DNA of 64,000 nt from Geosiphon pyriformis uo1 (Eukaryota; Fungi; Glomeromycota), in assembly GCA_016748015.1 (NCBI GenBank), contig JAAOMT010000741.1:124001-188000 (forward strand), written 5' to 3'. Shown piece by piece: positions 27,181-41,321 of this stretch; position 1 is the first letter of the stretch, and each line of letters starts with the position of its first letter. Position numbers and translations under genes: made by a program. The notes beneath the pieces are model-generated. The model saw nothing but the letters and a program-made list of their open reading frames with translations, had not been told where the DNA came from and did no database searches.

Positions 27181-30100
27181 CTATACACCTAAACCACCTA
27201 CCACAGGAAAGTCACACAGAAAACTGAAATACATGCTTGCCAATCTGAAATGTAAGCCAAAACATACATAAATATTTAATTTGATGCCAAAATCACAAAT
27301 TTTCTTATGAGACCACCAAAAGACCAATTCAGAAATGGCTAGCACCACAGATCCATCTTTTGGCAAAAGGTTGTGCTTATTATAATGTGCCCTCAGCCTG
27401 GCATTCAACATTCAGATAGCAGATCTGTGATCTTCAGCAAAATTACAGATTATGTTAACAACTAATGACTTTCCATCAGACTCAGAACCCAACATACTCA
27501 TTATGTCAGCCATCTAATCTTTTATCACAAAACTCTTGACTAAAGCCATATACAAACAATTGGAAGATTCAGCCATGTGCAGAGATTGAACCACAGTGCA
27601 TTCAACATAGCTAATACTTAGTATATTAGCCTAAGATCTGATCATATTAGAAATCAATTTTTTCTTGGCATCAGAGTTCTTTTCACATAAAAATACGTGA
27701 TCAGAATCATCAGTTAAACTGCAGCAGATGCATAAAATGCTAGAATAACTCGACTTGTACAATCTCTTTCTTTTTGCAATAGGCAGCTGATAATGTAAAA
27801 CTTTCATAAAATAAGACCTAAGTATTGCAGAGACAAAGCTAAAAAAAACCTAAGCAAATACAACCATCTGGATGCCAAACTTTGAATATCCAGTGCATAT
27901 CAAAATGCACATTGAGACTAAGATTTACAGCATTACTTATACACCTAGATTCCTATCCAACAAAATTAACAATATTGAATAGATGCTTTATGAAGTAACA
28001 AGTATTACCAGAGACAGACCTGTCTTTGACAGCAAGAAAACAATACATCACATTAACAGGCAGCACAAATTTTGAATCAGTGGCAGCATTCACAAAAAAG
28101 TCAGCATGCATATTACTAACAATTCCAGAGTGACTCTTGACCTTGACTCAAGTAACTGACAGATTCTTAGAAGTGACAGTAGAACAGATGTGTTCTTTTT
28201 CAATCCAGCACTTTTTGTGAAAGTTGGGATTAACAGAACAGTCCAAAGAAGCATACATATTCAAAGAGGCCTGGCTATTTGTGTGTAAGACCACAGAACT
28301 TGAAGCAGGAATGCAATCCAAAGTAAGAACAATAGCCTGCAGTTCTGTAAGAGTTGAAAACAGCAGACTGTATACTCTAATACTTACATTCAGATTGATG
28401 CATGAGAAGTAAGCAGCAGCATCACTACAAGTATTTACAGACCCTAAACCCTTGACTGAGCCATCAGTATAAATGTCTATAATACCAGATCCAAACTGTA
28501 TAAGATGATTATTAATAAACCCAAAATTACACAAGAACTTACTTGGAGTGAAATGACAAGCCATAACACTACTGCCAACCAAACCACCATCTTCAATAAA
28601 TGTGACTGTAAAGACAAACCAATCAGGAATGCGGCTCCTAAGATCCAATTTTTTCCATTTGTGAAACATATACCACTTGAAGCACACATAATGGTTTAGA
28701 AACTGATTTGCAAAGACAATGCTGAACTTTTGTAGTGACTTAACCACATTTAGGTAATCTTTTACACCTAATATATCTGTAACAGGAGCACCAATATCAG
28801 ATCAAAAAACATTAGGGACATCATTAATTAAAAAAGACTCATATGACACCAATGTGTTGGTTATGCTAGCTTAAAAGCAGTTGGTAAAATCAATTAACAA
28901 TTTGACCAGAAAACTAAGAAGTTGCTGGAGCATCCAATTAACGGCCTGCAGATTTATGGCTCTGTGTTTGAACAATCTGCCAAGGACACCTTTTGAGTTG
29001 GCAAAATTAACCAAATTAGTTAGTAAGCATTTGGTCTGCAATTGACTAAATGACTTTAGACTATAGAACTCAGAATGATACAAAGCCTTCTTGAGAAAAT
29101 CTCTGGATAAGTTAGTTTTGAGCTTCAAATTTTTTCTCAACAACCTGTCCCATTTTTTACACACACCTGGCAACATATAAGTGAACTGAATCTTGTAGCA
29201 AACAATGAAATGAAGTACTGCAGACACTAGATACAAAAATTGTTTGTCTAAAACAGCTTTTCTCAGAATCATATTTGTAAAAAATCTGATATTCAAGTGG
29301 GTTTTGCTTAGACTGTGTTTGGAAAGACCATTTGTAAACAAAAAAATGTCCAAATATCTGTAAAATTCATTCTTCTTAGCAATCAGAATATTGGATCTAC
29401 TAATCTGCAGCTAAGAGCACTTCACTCTCTGGTTGATTGATATGACTACTGTCTTATCTGTGTTAATTGAAATGTCATTAATCTGGAAGAACTTATTAGT
29501 TATATCCAAAATATTCTGAGTTATAGCTCTGCTATTATCAATTCAAATGGTATTATCTACAAAAGCTCCAGCTGCCAGAAATGAAGTCAACCCACTTTTG
29601 AGATCCTGCCTACCAGATTTAGTAAAGAACTTTGAGTCCAATCTGTATTGTATAATTTATCATGTTTCTTGACCTTGCAGAGCAAAAAATCATAAAAATC
29701 TTTCACAATAATGATGAAAAAACTTTCTCCTGATCAAAACCATCATGAACAACATAATCTTGTGTTAGCCCAAAATCTGTTATAATCTAATTGATATGGC
29801 CATTGTGTATGCTACCAAAGAACTTAATAAAATGAGAGCACATCTTAATCTTAATCAGACTGTTTAACATGTGAAACTATCCAACAGAGTCATATGCTTT
29901 TCACATATCCTGAAAAACCAGCCACAACTCTTTATCCTTTTCCAATGCATCTTTAACAATCAAACCAACAGCAAAAATTGGAGTTTGAGTAGACATCTTC
30001 TTTAAAATTGAGAAGTTATTATCATGCAACACATCAAACTTATTGCATGCCAAAGAGATCCTATCAGACAAAATTTTTGAGAGTATCTTCTGGGCTGTTT

Positions 30101-31864
30101 CAATCAAAACAATTGGTCTGGTATTGGTAAAGTCTTCTCCTAATTATATGGTTTTGGTATTATGGAGACTCAAGCTTGTTTCTATTATACAGATATAGAA
30201 CCAGAAACCAAACAAGCATTAATAATGTCCAACAAACCATCCAGAACTAGTTTATTATCATGTCTCTAAAGCTCATTAAGAATGCCAGAAAGACCAGCAG
30301 CTTTTTTATTAGGCAAATTTTTAATCACCCGAAAAAACTCACCAAAACTAATACTACTCATAACATCACAAAAAGCATTGTTATTAACATAAGCCAAAGA
30401 AACATATTGATTAAACCAATAAGTAAATATAAAGTTGGTAATTACATGTTTTTTTATTCATTTTTTCATGATATTATCAATCATGAACTTAACTTCATCA
30501 GACAACAGTATCAAATCATTATTTACAATTAAATGGTCAAGCACCACTTTGCAAAATAGACACTTTAAAACACTTTTGATCATCTGCCCCTTATTAGAAC
30601 AAAAGTTTTCTATGCATTTCTCAATTGTTTTTCTGATAAGTACATTTTTTGCAATTTTAAACTCAAAATATTTGGATCTGCAGTATCTCTTTTTGATATT
30701 TGACAAGTGATATAAAATCAAGTTCAAATTTGTGCCATTGTTAATTATGTTATGCAAATTAGAAGTCTTTTTTTCATTGACAATGAACCAAGCTTTGATA
30801 AAGTAACCAGCTTCATAACTTCCAGATGATTTCAAACACTTTACCAGTTTAGCCACCAACAATTTCAGTCTGAAAAATTTTGATGAATGTTTATTTCTTG
30901 AGCAATCAAATTCACTAAACCAGTATATAGAAAAAACTTCATCAACAGTCCTGACTACCATATTCTTAAGGATCACCCACATAGTATCTAAATCCCCACC
31001 AACTTTTGTACTATTAAACTTGGCAGATTTAATCAAGAACCTGTTCAGTAAGCACTCCCTAAAATACAACCACTTCTCAATACTAATATCCTTGATTTTG
31101 AATTTCTACTTATTCCTATTAGCTTGTTTACATTTACTATTAAGACTAGCATTCAGTAGACTGCCCAAGCCAATTAAGACCAAAACAGCATTGTAATCAG
31201 TATCAAAAAAATCAAAAATGGGTTCAATCTAATAACCAACTACTGCAGAAGACAGACTCTCACTCATAAAAATAAAATCAATAATCCTTTCAACACCCTT
31301 TGAGTTATTCCAGATAGAAGCATTAACAAGTAGATGCCCAGCAAATAAATTAACCAAACCAAGATCTGAGCAAAACTTGAAGCTCATATTTTTTCCAGAG
31401 CCATTTTCATTGAAATCTCCACCAAGAACCACAAATGTGCTGAAATTAACAGCCTTAGCAATAAAAAAGTTGATTTCTGAAGTCTGATCAAACTTATTTG
31501 CAACAGAAGCACCAGCATACAAGCCCAAAATTGCAACTGAAAGCTTGCCTTTAAAGAAAAGCTGCACTGAAATAACCCAACCAGAAATATTCTCAATTTT
31601 AGATACATGATGAGCCAAAGAACTGTTTATAATAATAGCTACCATAGCATCAAGAAACCTTTTATCCAAACCAAATGAAAAAACACATATTCCCTTAAAC
31701 TTGTTCATAATCCAAGATCTGATGCTAGGCCTCAACTTTGTTTCTGTAATAAATGAGATCATATTTCCAGACTTTTTATGTCAATGAACAATGTCTTCTT
31801 ACTTGGCAGAAACATTAATACTCTGAACATTACATGTAGTCACCTTCCAAACCAAACCACTCAT
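27181..31864 (-). pseudogene. LINE ORF2 (APE endonuclease, RT, RNase H, zinc finger)
   Basis: ITETKL, GGDFN, IDFI; QDM*KAYDSV; AFVD(N)TI; YTDGS/ELQAI/TNSQ. Confidence 0.88.
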
Positions 31865-31881
31865 TGAAAAGAAGAAAGTTT

Positions 31882-33749
31882 CTAAGAATTCAAACTAGTA
31901 CACAATTGATCTAACTTTACCAGAATTGAACCAACAGAGACATTAAGGGCCACCAATTTAGATTTCAAACAGCTTATTTTCATAGTCAAAACTTTTGAAC
32001 TACTCAAACCAAAGACTGAAATGTCAAAAACAACAGAGGAAAAAGATAGAACCTCCAATACAAGATTATTTAAAACCATGTTCATTTCCAAGTCTGAGCC
32101 ATTTGATGTGGAATTATTTGCAGTATAAGAGAAAAGAAGAGGAGCCAGAGGCACCAAATTTACACTATAGAGTTTATACATTAAACTAGAAACTAGATCT
32201 ATCAAGAGCTCTAAGGAGCATTTTAAAGAAGCCAACTGAGTGTTCAAAAAAGACCCAGAAATTAAAACAGAAGAGGAATTATTGCTCAAACCTAAGGCAT
32301 TAGAAAAAGAGGAGCCAAAACCAGAATCACTACCAAGATAAGAGTGGCTAAAAGAAGAATTAAGCATAACCACTTATGCCCAAGACTTACCACCAAAGGC
32401 AGTGGGTCAGGAAATAAGAACACTCTTTTTAGCATATAACTTTGTTAACTAAAAACACTGTTCATCTGAAACAACTCTCTTTTTAAATGTGTTTAAAGAC
32501 TTAGGAATAGACGCAGTTGATACATTACACTTCAAAGCAAAATGTCCAAACTTCCTATACTTTTTGTATTAAGCCAGATTCATCCTTGTTTAAGAAAGCC
32601 TAACACCACCAAAAATTGGCTCTGTGCAGAATGCTGACTCCAAATCTTCATTAGATTTAAAACAAATCACAGCACAATAGAACCTATTACCAGTTTTTAA
32701 AGACCAACTAATAACACAAGTTTTCTCACTAGTTCTTTCCAAAAAATTTCCAAGATTATGCACTGTTGTTTCTATTAGCAAAGTAAACAAAAGCACTCTA
32801 AAACAATTTCTTGACACCCAAATTTTATGATCTCTTATGACCATAAGTATATGCACTGAGTCTTTCCCAATAAAGAATAACCATTTTAAAACTAATTGCT
32901 CTGCCTAACCAGATTCAACAAATTTTACTACAGTCTTCTGCCACATTCCAATCAATTGAATTTTGATTGACTTAATTTTTCTAAATGCAGACACTATAGT
33001 AACAATCATATTCTTTGACATGTTTATGAAAATTTCTTTGATTACTACAGTCTGATCTAAGCAAACTCCTTGTTTCTTGAGATTGCTGTTTATAATAATC
33101 ACATTTCCCTTGGCCAATGAGACTGCCTTTTTCATGCTTTCTTCAGAAGTAAATGTCAATTGGATAATCCTCTCAAATTTTGAGGGAATAGTGGCTCCCT
33201 CCCAAATCTATTGATTAATGAAAAAAATTTTCTGATAAGTTGAATCTTAGCTGTGGCAGATTTGCCTTCTACTGCTGAAAGATTAATGTCCAATGCAAAT
33301 AATTTTTTGACTGACACCTTGACAAAAGTTTTAATAATTTTTGAGTCAATCCACTTCTTGTCCAAAGAGATAAGTAAGCAAGGGGAAAGAACAATTTCAT
33401 TGTCATCAACATAGAAATTGGGAGAACTAAGCAGAGAGCCAAAATCAGCACCAGTATTAACATGCTTTGCTCTAGAAATAGTAGCAGCCGAGCCCAAAAA
33501 AAGCCCACTATTAACACCAATCATGTTAACATTCTTATCATTATCAGTCAAACTATCCATGTCAAAATACATACTATTATCAGGACCAGATTTACTCAAG
33601 AAGATATCTCTCTTATCACCAGAGTATTTAACATTATTAAGAACAGCTTTTTTTCTCTGAGAAAAAAAATTACCAGCAGAATCATAAAAAGTATCTTTGG
33701 ATGTCTTCTTCTTAGACATATTGCTACTTGTAGCAGCCACCAAATCCAT
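31882..33749 (-). pseudogene. LINE ORF1 (RRM-like region and degenerate CCHC knuckle)
   Basis: Upstream of ORF2; VVIKEI..FRKIKSIK RRM-like segment; KFGHFALKC knuckle remnant. Confidence 0.7.
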
Positions 33750-33852
33750 GGAAAACAGGTTATTAGGTAAAGAAATATTGATGTAAACTAATAAGAAAAA
33801 ACTAAAAAACTTTTTTTTTCAAAAAAACACACTTTTTAAGAATTAATGGAGG

Positions 33853-36079
33853 TGTTATGGTTTAAGAATTTAGCAAAAAGAATCATAAAAATAATACAAA
33901 CTATTCAATCATAATATAGCACAGTAATAATCTTAGAAAGGTAATGATTAACATAGTAGCAAACACCATCTCGCAATAGTGGCAAGCACCAGTTCACAAT
34001 AGCAGCCAATACCAACTGGTGATAGCAGCAAGCACCAGGTTGAAATATCAAAAAGAAAGTATTTTTTCGTAGAACTACAAACATGTATATATACAGTAGT
34101 TTTAATATTGGGAAAGAATCAATCAAGTAATAAAAATCATAACTTATCAAGCAATAGATCCAATTTTATCCAACAAACTCCACTTTAAATCATACTTTCA
34201 AATTAAATATCCCAAGAAATCTTTAAAATCAAAAAGAAATGAAAAAGAATATTTAAAACTGAACTATCACAACCCAAAGTATTAAGAAACCNNNNNNNNN
34301 NNNNNNNNNNNGTAGCAGTAATAGCCGCAACTATTGTCAAAATCCATCGAGAAATTGAGCAATACGCCAACAAAAATTTTCCAATATCCACAGGAAACAC
34401 TAGGGAACGCGCCAACAAAACCAAAGAAAATTTAGAAACTAATCAGGAAAGTAACCAGCAAAAACTAGGAACACCAGCTCAAACGCCAAAGAAAACTGTC
34501 ACTTAATCAATAAAGAAACAACGTATTTATTCACCAGAAGATAAATCATACAATTTTTCACCAGAAAATAAGATACAAATTCCATTAGGAGCTGTATCAT
34601 CATCAACATCAACTCCACAAATGCCAAGAACTCCTAGTTATATTGATAAAATTAAACAACATAACTGGGGAGACATACCAATTACAGGAGGATATTCATC
34701 ACTATTCCAAAACCCTCTTTTTCAGCCAAAATTTAGAACGGGGTTTGAAAACCGTGAAGAGGAGTCTGAATCAGAATCCGAAAAAAAAAAAAAAAAAAAA
34801 ACAATCACAAGACCAGTCACTGGAACAAGCAGCCAGTCCAGAAACCAAGAAACTCATGATCAAGAGGAAGAACCGGATATAAGGGAAGCCACCTTTAGGA
34901 ANNNNNNNNNNNNNNNNNNNNAACATGGTAATGGAGGAAAATAAGACAGAAACATTAGAGAAAAGAGTAACGCAATTAGGGGAGGAACTCTCTAAGAAAA
35001 TAGAAAGTTACCTCATCCCGGATCCGAGAAAAAATACATACCAACCACCCCAAAGATGCAGCCAGGAAGTCAGCGACAGTTGAAATAATCGCCCATCACG
35101 CCAGGAATTCAGAACAGAAACACACGCCTGCCATTTTTGCAAACGCGTAGAACATTTGATTAGTCAATGTCGAATGCGAATGATGCAGGAAGCACGCGAA
35201 AATAATTACTACGCGCCACCCCAAATGCCCAGAAACCAGTACACGCCAATACCACGCCAATATCCCACCACGTATCAAAATCAAGGAGCTTACCAGCAAC
35301 AGCCCATGATAGCCAACCCGAATTGGTGTCCCGAGGCCCGAAATCAGCCCATGTGGAACCAGAACGCGTTGGTCCAGAGGAATCCAAACCGCACCGGAAC
35401 CAATCAGCAAACCAATTCAAACTACCAAAATTATCAACAAACTTACCTTAATATACTGGAAAACCTGATTATCGGAAACAATGACGGTAGAAACATAAAC
35501 AGAACCAAGAATTCCTCCAAATTGAGCCAGACAATACCACCAGCAGTTGCCACCGAAGATAGCAGCCTCGCAGCTATTTTTCCTTTTGAATTAGAGGAAA
35601 ACGAGGCTATGTTCAGTGGAGCAGCATTGGACGAAAAACGCCCAATCACTGCTATGTATATGGAAGCCACTGTAAACAATACCCCAATCAAACTTATCTT
35701 AGACAGCGGATCCGCTGGAAGCATCGTAACACTTCAACTAGTAAACCAACTGGGTTTCAAAGTTGATCATGCCATGACGTTCCAAATCATAACAGCCGAT
35801 GGAAGTACAAAGCTGCCTTATGGCAAAATCGACTCATTCCCTTTCGAAATTAATGGCATAGTAATACCTACAAAAGTATTAGTAATGGACGCTACACAAT
35901 ATCAAGCGTTAGTAGNNNNNNNNNNNNNNNNNNNNACTTACATCGCAACAGTAAAAAGAAAGCCTTCAGTGTAACAGTGACATTATCACACAAATAGAAT
36001 TGAGGAACTCACGAAAGACTGATTGCAATTAAAGCGGGATATCAGCAATTAAATATAACAAGAAAACCATCCCGTAACA
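33853..36079 (+). repeat. 5' LTR of element C, split by gaps (33853-34291 and 35936-36079) with misplaced gag/PR contigs between
   Basis: Both pieces match 41992-42857; the intervening contigs partly duplicate 36384-37020. Confidence 0.8.
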
Positions 36080-36161
36080 TTTGGTGAACCCTACAAGGAA
36101 AGAAAATTAAAAAGGAAATAATAATTAGCAATAATTCATTGCTAAAAAGGAAAAGACAAAA

Positions 36162-39100
36162 GTGGCGACAAAAACCCCTAATCTTACTGTTCTTGAATTC
36201 TGCCGTGCTATTTACACACAAAATCAAAGTGATCTTGGATTACCAGAAGGGTGTTGTCCAGCAGAATCTGCCCTCACTTATTATATCAACGCCAGAATAA
36301 ATTATCATATAGGAAAGGAAGAAAAACCACACGACGCAAAACTTGGATTGTATAGAGAATTATCACAATACACTACAAAAGAAGTAGCAGTAATAGCCGC
36401 AACTATTGTCAAAATCCATCGAGAAATTGAGCAATACGCCAATGAAAATTTTCCAATATCCATAGGAAACACTAGGGAATGCGCCAACAAAACCAAAAAA
36501 AATTTAGAAACTAATCAGGAAAGTAACCAGCAAAAACTAGGAACACCAGCTCAAACACCAAAGAAAACTGTCACTCAATCAATAAAGAAACAACGTATTT
36601 ATTCACCAGAAGATAAATCATACCATTTTTCACCAGAAAATAAGATACAAATTCCATTAGGAGTTGTATCATCATCAACATCAACTCCACAAACGCCAAG
36701 AACTCCTAGTTATATTGATAAAATTAAACAACGTAACTGGGGAGATATACCAATTACAGGAGGATATTCATCACTATTCCAAAACCCTCTTTTTCAGCCA
36801 AAATTTAGAACGAGGTTTGAAAACCGTGAAGAGAAGTCTGAATCGGAATCCGAAAAAGAGACCAGCGAAAAAACAATCACAAGACCAGTCACTGGAACAA
36901 GCAGCCAGTCCAGAAACCAAGAAACTCGTGNNNNNNNNNNNNNNNNNNNNGAAATTAATGGCATAGTAATACCTACAAAAGTATTAGTAATGGACGCTAC
37001 ACAATATCAAGCGTTAGTAGGGAATGACTGGCTAACAAAAGCCAACGCCACCCTAGACTGGACCACCCAAGAGCTTCTGATCAATTATAATGGCCACCAG
37101 GCCAAAATTCCAGCCACCTGTGGCCACTTCCAAAAACCCAGCGCCAATCAAAGACCTACCTTCAAATTTGAGGAAAATCCAGCACTACCAGCCATCGAAA
37201 CCTATCAGCTCTCTTGGGCTGATGACCAAAGAACAGGACTACCAGCCGTACCAACGTGGACCAGTGAAGAAAGATCCGAATGGAACCAAGTAAGTTCATG
37301 AAGAAACCACCAGTGACGCAGACCAAAGCTAGAATGCTCGGTTTGCAAGAAGAAACTCTCGTCTATGACTGCGTGCAGCGCACCGGACGAAGACCCAAGA
37401 AACCCCACCCACTACTATTGTAACCATTGTAACAAAGAAAAATACGGTTACCCAGAAAGACATGGAAAATGAGACGAGGAACCGTGCCTCGCTTGTGGAG
37501 AACCGTTACCAAGAGGGTGCGACTGGAACGACTTACCAGGCAGAGGAGGAACGTGTGACGCAACTTGCCAATACACGATCCTCATCTGTGACTGGGTAAG
37601 AGGAGGAACGCCATTCGAAGCAGCGTTCAACAGAGCGTTAAAAAGACTACAGCACTACCCACACAACGAGGACGAGTTGTACAACACCGCACAAGCCAAA
37701 GTAAGAGGAGGAACCGCCGAAGAAATACGACGTTGGAAAGAGTCAGCCGAAGTAGCCAACGAAGTCGCCAGCTACAACATGTTCGACCCAGTGGACGAAT
37801 TTCAGGACTACTACTAACAACTATGCCCCACTTGACAAGAGCAAGAACAATACCTCGCCCAAATCAACACTTACCTCTGTGAAAACTGTCTCATCCCATG
37901 TCAAAGTCAATGCTGTGAAGAGTGTCAAGACGAAAGGGACTTAGAAAGAAAAATGGAAATTGAGAATCAGCAGTCTCAAAATCAATCAATAAATCAACAA
38001 GACTCACCTGACGGTCCCGAGTCAGAAAAATTTGTAGCCTATACCGACCTAGAACAGGTGACCGACATCCGATACTTCGACAATGGGCACTTAGGAATAA
38101 TATCCGAAAGAGCCCATCCAACCGACGCCGGATTCAATCTACATTATCCGGAAGACCAATCCACAATGTTACCACCCAGGAGCATCACCAAAATCGACCT
38201 AAAATTAGCAGTTGAAATTCCGCCAGGAATAATGGTTCAAATGGCGTCGCGATCAAGCCTCACAAAAAAAGGAATAAGCATTCAAGGAGGAGTAATTGAC
38301 TCCGGATACACTGGAAATTTGATGGTTTTGCTACAGAACAATTCAGAAAAGCCTTATACCATTGAATCTAAGGAAAAGATTGCACAAGCAATTTTCCTAC
38401 CATTGGTAAAAATTGGGAAATTCATGCCAGTAGAAAATCGTGAGGAATTGTCACAAACAACGAGAGGAACTTTTGGTTTCGGATCGACAGAAAAAGGAAT
38501 TGAAGCAAATTTCGCTGAAACAATAGAGGAAAAAGGCAAAGTAATTAAAAATGAGCAGTCCATCATGCTCCTACCATATGGAAAATCAGAAATAAGAATA
38601 AAAAGAACAATTAAAGAAAAAGACCTAATATTTGAGCCCTACCCAGAAACTTGCCAACAGTTTCTCATAGGACTTACTAACCTTTTTATTCCAGCTGATA
38701 AAGCTCAATGGATAAAAATTCCTATCGCAAACACCACAGAAGAACCCGTCTACATTCCGGAAGATACCATCATTGGATACCTCGGAACGGAGCTAGAAAA
38801 CGCNNNNNNNNNNNNNNNNNNNNNNNNNNNNNNNNNNNNNNNNNNNNNNNNNNNNNNNNNNNNNNNNNNNNNNNNNNNNNNNNNNNNNNNNNNNNNNNNN
38901 NNNNNNNNNNNNNNNNNNNNNNNNNNNNNNNNNNNNNNNNNNNNNNNNNNNNNNNNNNNNNNNNNNNNNNNNNNNNNNNNNNNNNNNNNNNNNNNNNNNN
39001 NNNNNNNNNNNNNNNNNNNNNNNNNNNNNNNNNNNNNNNNNNNNNNNNNNNNNNNNNNNNNNNNNNNNNNNNNNNNNNNNNNNNNNNNNNNNNNNNNNNN

Positions 39101-39790
39101 NNNNNNNNNNNNNNNNNNNNNNNNNNNNNNNNNNNNNNNNNNNNNNNNNNNNNNNNNNNNNNNNNNNNNNNNNNNNNNNNNNNNNNNNNNNNNNNNNNNN
39201 NNNNNNNNNNNNNNNNNNNNNNNNNNNNNNNNNNNNNNNNNNNNNNNNNNNNNNNNNNNNNNNNNNNNNTTTCAAACATCGCCAAACCCCTTAATTACCT
39301 ACTATCTAAAAATGTGAAGTTTGAATGGACTGAAGCACAACAAAAAGCTTTTGAGTACCTTAGACAAAAGCTCATTGAATCACCAATAATGATCTATCCG
39401 AATTTCAACAAGAAATTCATTTTGGCCACAGATGCCTCTGGAACTGGACTTGGAGCCATTCTGTCACAAAAAGATGATAATGGAAGAGAACGTGTAATCG
39501 CTTATGCCAGCAGAAGTCTCAGTACGGCAGAACAAAACTACGCAGCACATGAACTTGAATGCTTAGCAGTAGTCTGGAGTTGTGTTTACTTTGACACATA
39601 TTTACGGTACCAACCCTTTGAGATTACGACAGATCATAGAGGTCTGGTCTGGTTAAAGAACAAGAAAGTGCTAAAAAGAAAATACGCCAGATGGTCACAA
39701 ACGTTAGCACCATACGATTATATTATCAAATACAAAGAAGGTACCAAAAATGCTAATGCCGACTGTTTGTCAAGAATGAGACACACATAA
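36162..39790 (+). pseudogene. Element C Gag-PR-Cys-rich-dUTPase-(RT in gap)-RNase H
   Basis: dUTPase motifs DAGFNL, ASRSS, GGVIDSGYTG, KIAQ, RGTFGFGST; RNase H TDASG..ELECLA..TDH..NADCLSR. Confidence 0.9.
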
Positions 39791-39819
39791 AAATCACCAA
39801 CCCACCCGCCACAACAACA

Positions 39820-41321
39820 ATGAACAACCACCTTTACAAAAACCTCAGCCAATACTTGGAAACACTACAAATAGACGAAGAAATGCCAGTAAAAGAGCTA
39901 ATTAAGCTCCAAAAATTAGCAAAACACTATTTCATCCAAAATCACATACTTTATTACCGGAATTGACAAAATCCAGATAATCCATTAAGAGTTATAACCA
40001 CAGATGAAAAAGAAACTATCTTATTTAACATGCACTCAGATATTCATTNNNNNNNNNNNNNNNNNNNNNNNNNNNNNNNNNNNNNNNNNNNNNNNNNNNN
40101 NNNNNNNNNNNNNNNNNNNNNNNNNNNNNNNNNNNNNNNNNNNNNNNNNNNNNNNNNNNNNNNNNNNNNNNNNNNNNNNNNNNNNNNNNNNNNNNNNNNN
40201 NNNNNNNNNNNNNNNNNNNNNNNNNNNNNNNNNNNNNNNNNNNNNNNNNNNNNNNNNNNNNNNNNNNNNNNNNNNNNNNNNNNNNNNNNNNNNNNNNNNN
40301 NNNNNNNNNNNNNNNNNNNNNNNNNNNNNNNNNNNNNNNNNNNNNNNNNNNNNNNNNNNNNNNNNNNNNNNNNNNNNNNNNNNNNNNNNNNNNNNNNNNN
40401 NNNNNNNNNNNNNNNNNNNNNNNNNNNNNNNNNNNNNNNNNNNNNNNNNNNNNNNNNNNNNNNNNNNNNNNNNNNNNNNNNNNNNNNNNNNNNNNNNNNN
40501 NNNNNNNNNNNNNNNNNNNNNNNNNNNNNNNNNNNNNNNNNNNNNNNNNNNNNNNNNNNNNNNNNNNNNNNNNNNNNNNNNNNNNNNNNNNNNNNNNNNN
40601 NNNNNNNNNNNNNNNNNNNNNNNNNNNNNNNNNNNNNNNNNNNNNNNNNNNNNNNNNNNNNNNNNNNNNNNNNNNNNNNNNNNNNNNNNNNNNNCAACGG
40701 AATTATTAAGACCAATAAAAGTTGGACAGCCATTTGACAGAATCGGAATTGATTTAGTTGAACCCTTACCAATAACAACAAGAAACAACCATTATATTGC
40801 AGTAGCCATGGACTATCTCACCAAATGGCCAGAAGCTAGAGCTATTAAAACAGCTGATGCTATTTCCGTAGCTCAATTCGTACATGAAGACTTAATTTGC
40901 CGACATGGATGTCCACAAGAATTGCTATCAGATCAAGGCACACACTTCGTAAACAGCACCTTAAAAGAACTTAGCCAAAAATTTGGAATCAAGCAACCAC
41001 TGTCATCATCATACCACCCTCAAACAAATGGATTAGTTGAAAGATTTAATTGCACATTATGCAAATCACTGGCGAAAATTAGTAACAAACATGAAAAAGA
41101 ATGGGATTTGTTCATACCAGCAGTACTACTAGCATATAGAACAGTAAAACAAGATACTACACAATTCACACCATTCGAACTAGTTTATGGAAGAAAAGCC
41201 ACATTACCCGTTGAACTTACTATTCCAACTTATCCGAGTGACACTATCACGGAAGCAACATTCCAGGAAACACTACTTAGAAGAACATACGAATTAATGG
41301 GAACTTTAGAAAACAAAAGAA
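39820..41321 (+). pseudogene. Element C integrase ORF (partial, gaps)
   Basis: ATG at 39820 (MNNHLYKNLSQYLETL); IDLV, SDQGTHF, NGLVERFN. Confidence 0.88.

Larger units (their letters stand above)
27046..33852 (-). mobile_element. Near full-length LINE (ORF1 + ORF2), degenerate
   Basis: ORF1 fragments 31882-33749; ORF2 from ATG 31864 (MSGLVWKVTTCNV) to stop 27181; 3' UTR shared with the other LINE copies. Confidence 0.9.

Noticed and set aside
34312-35915. Apparent second gag/protease inside the 5' LTR of element C
   Set aside because: Short contigs bounded by 20-N gaps that duplicate or belong within 36384-37020; most likely scaffolding or collapsed-copy artefact
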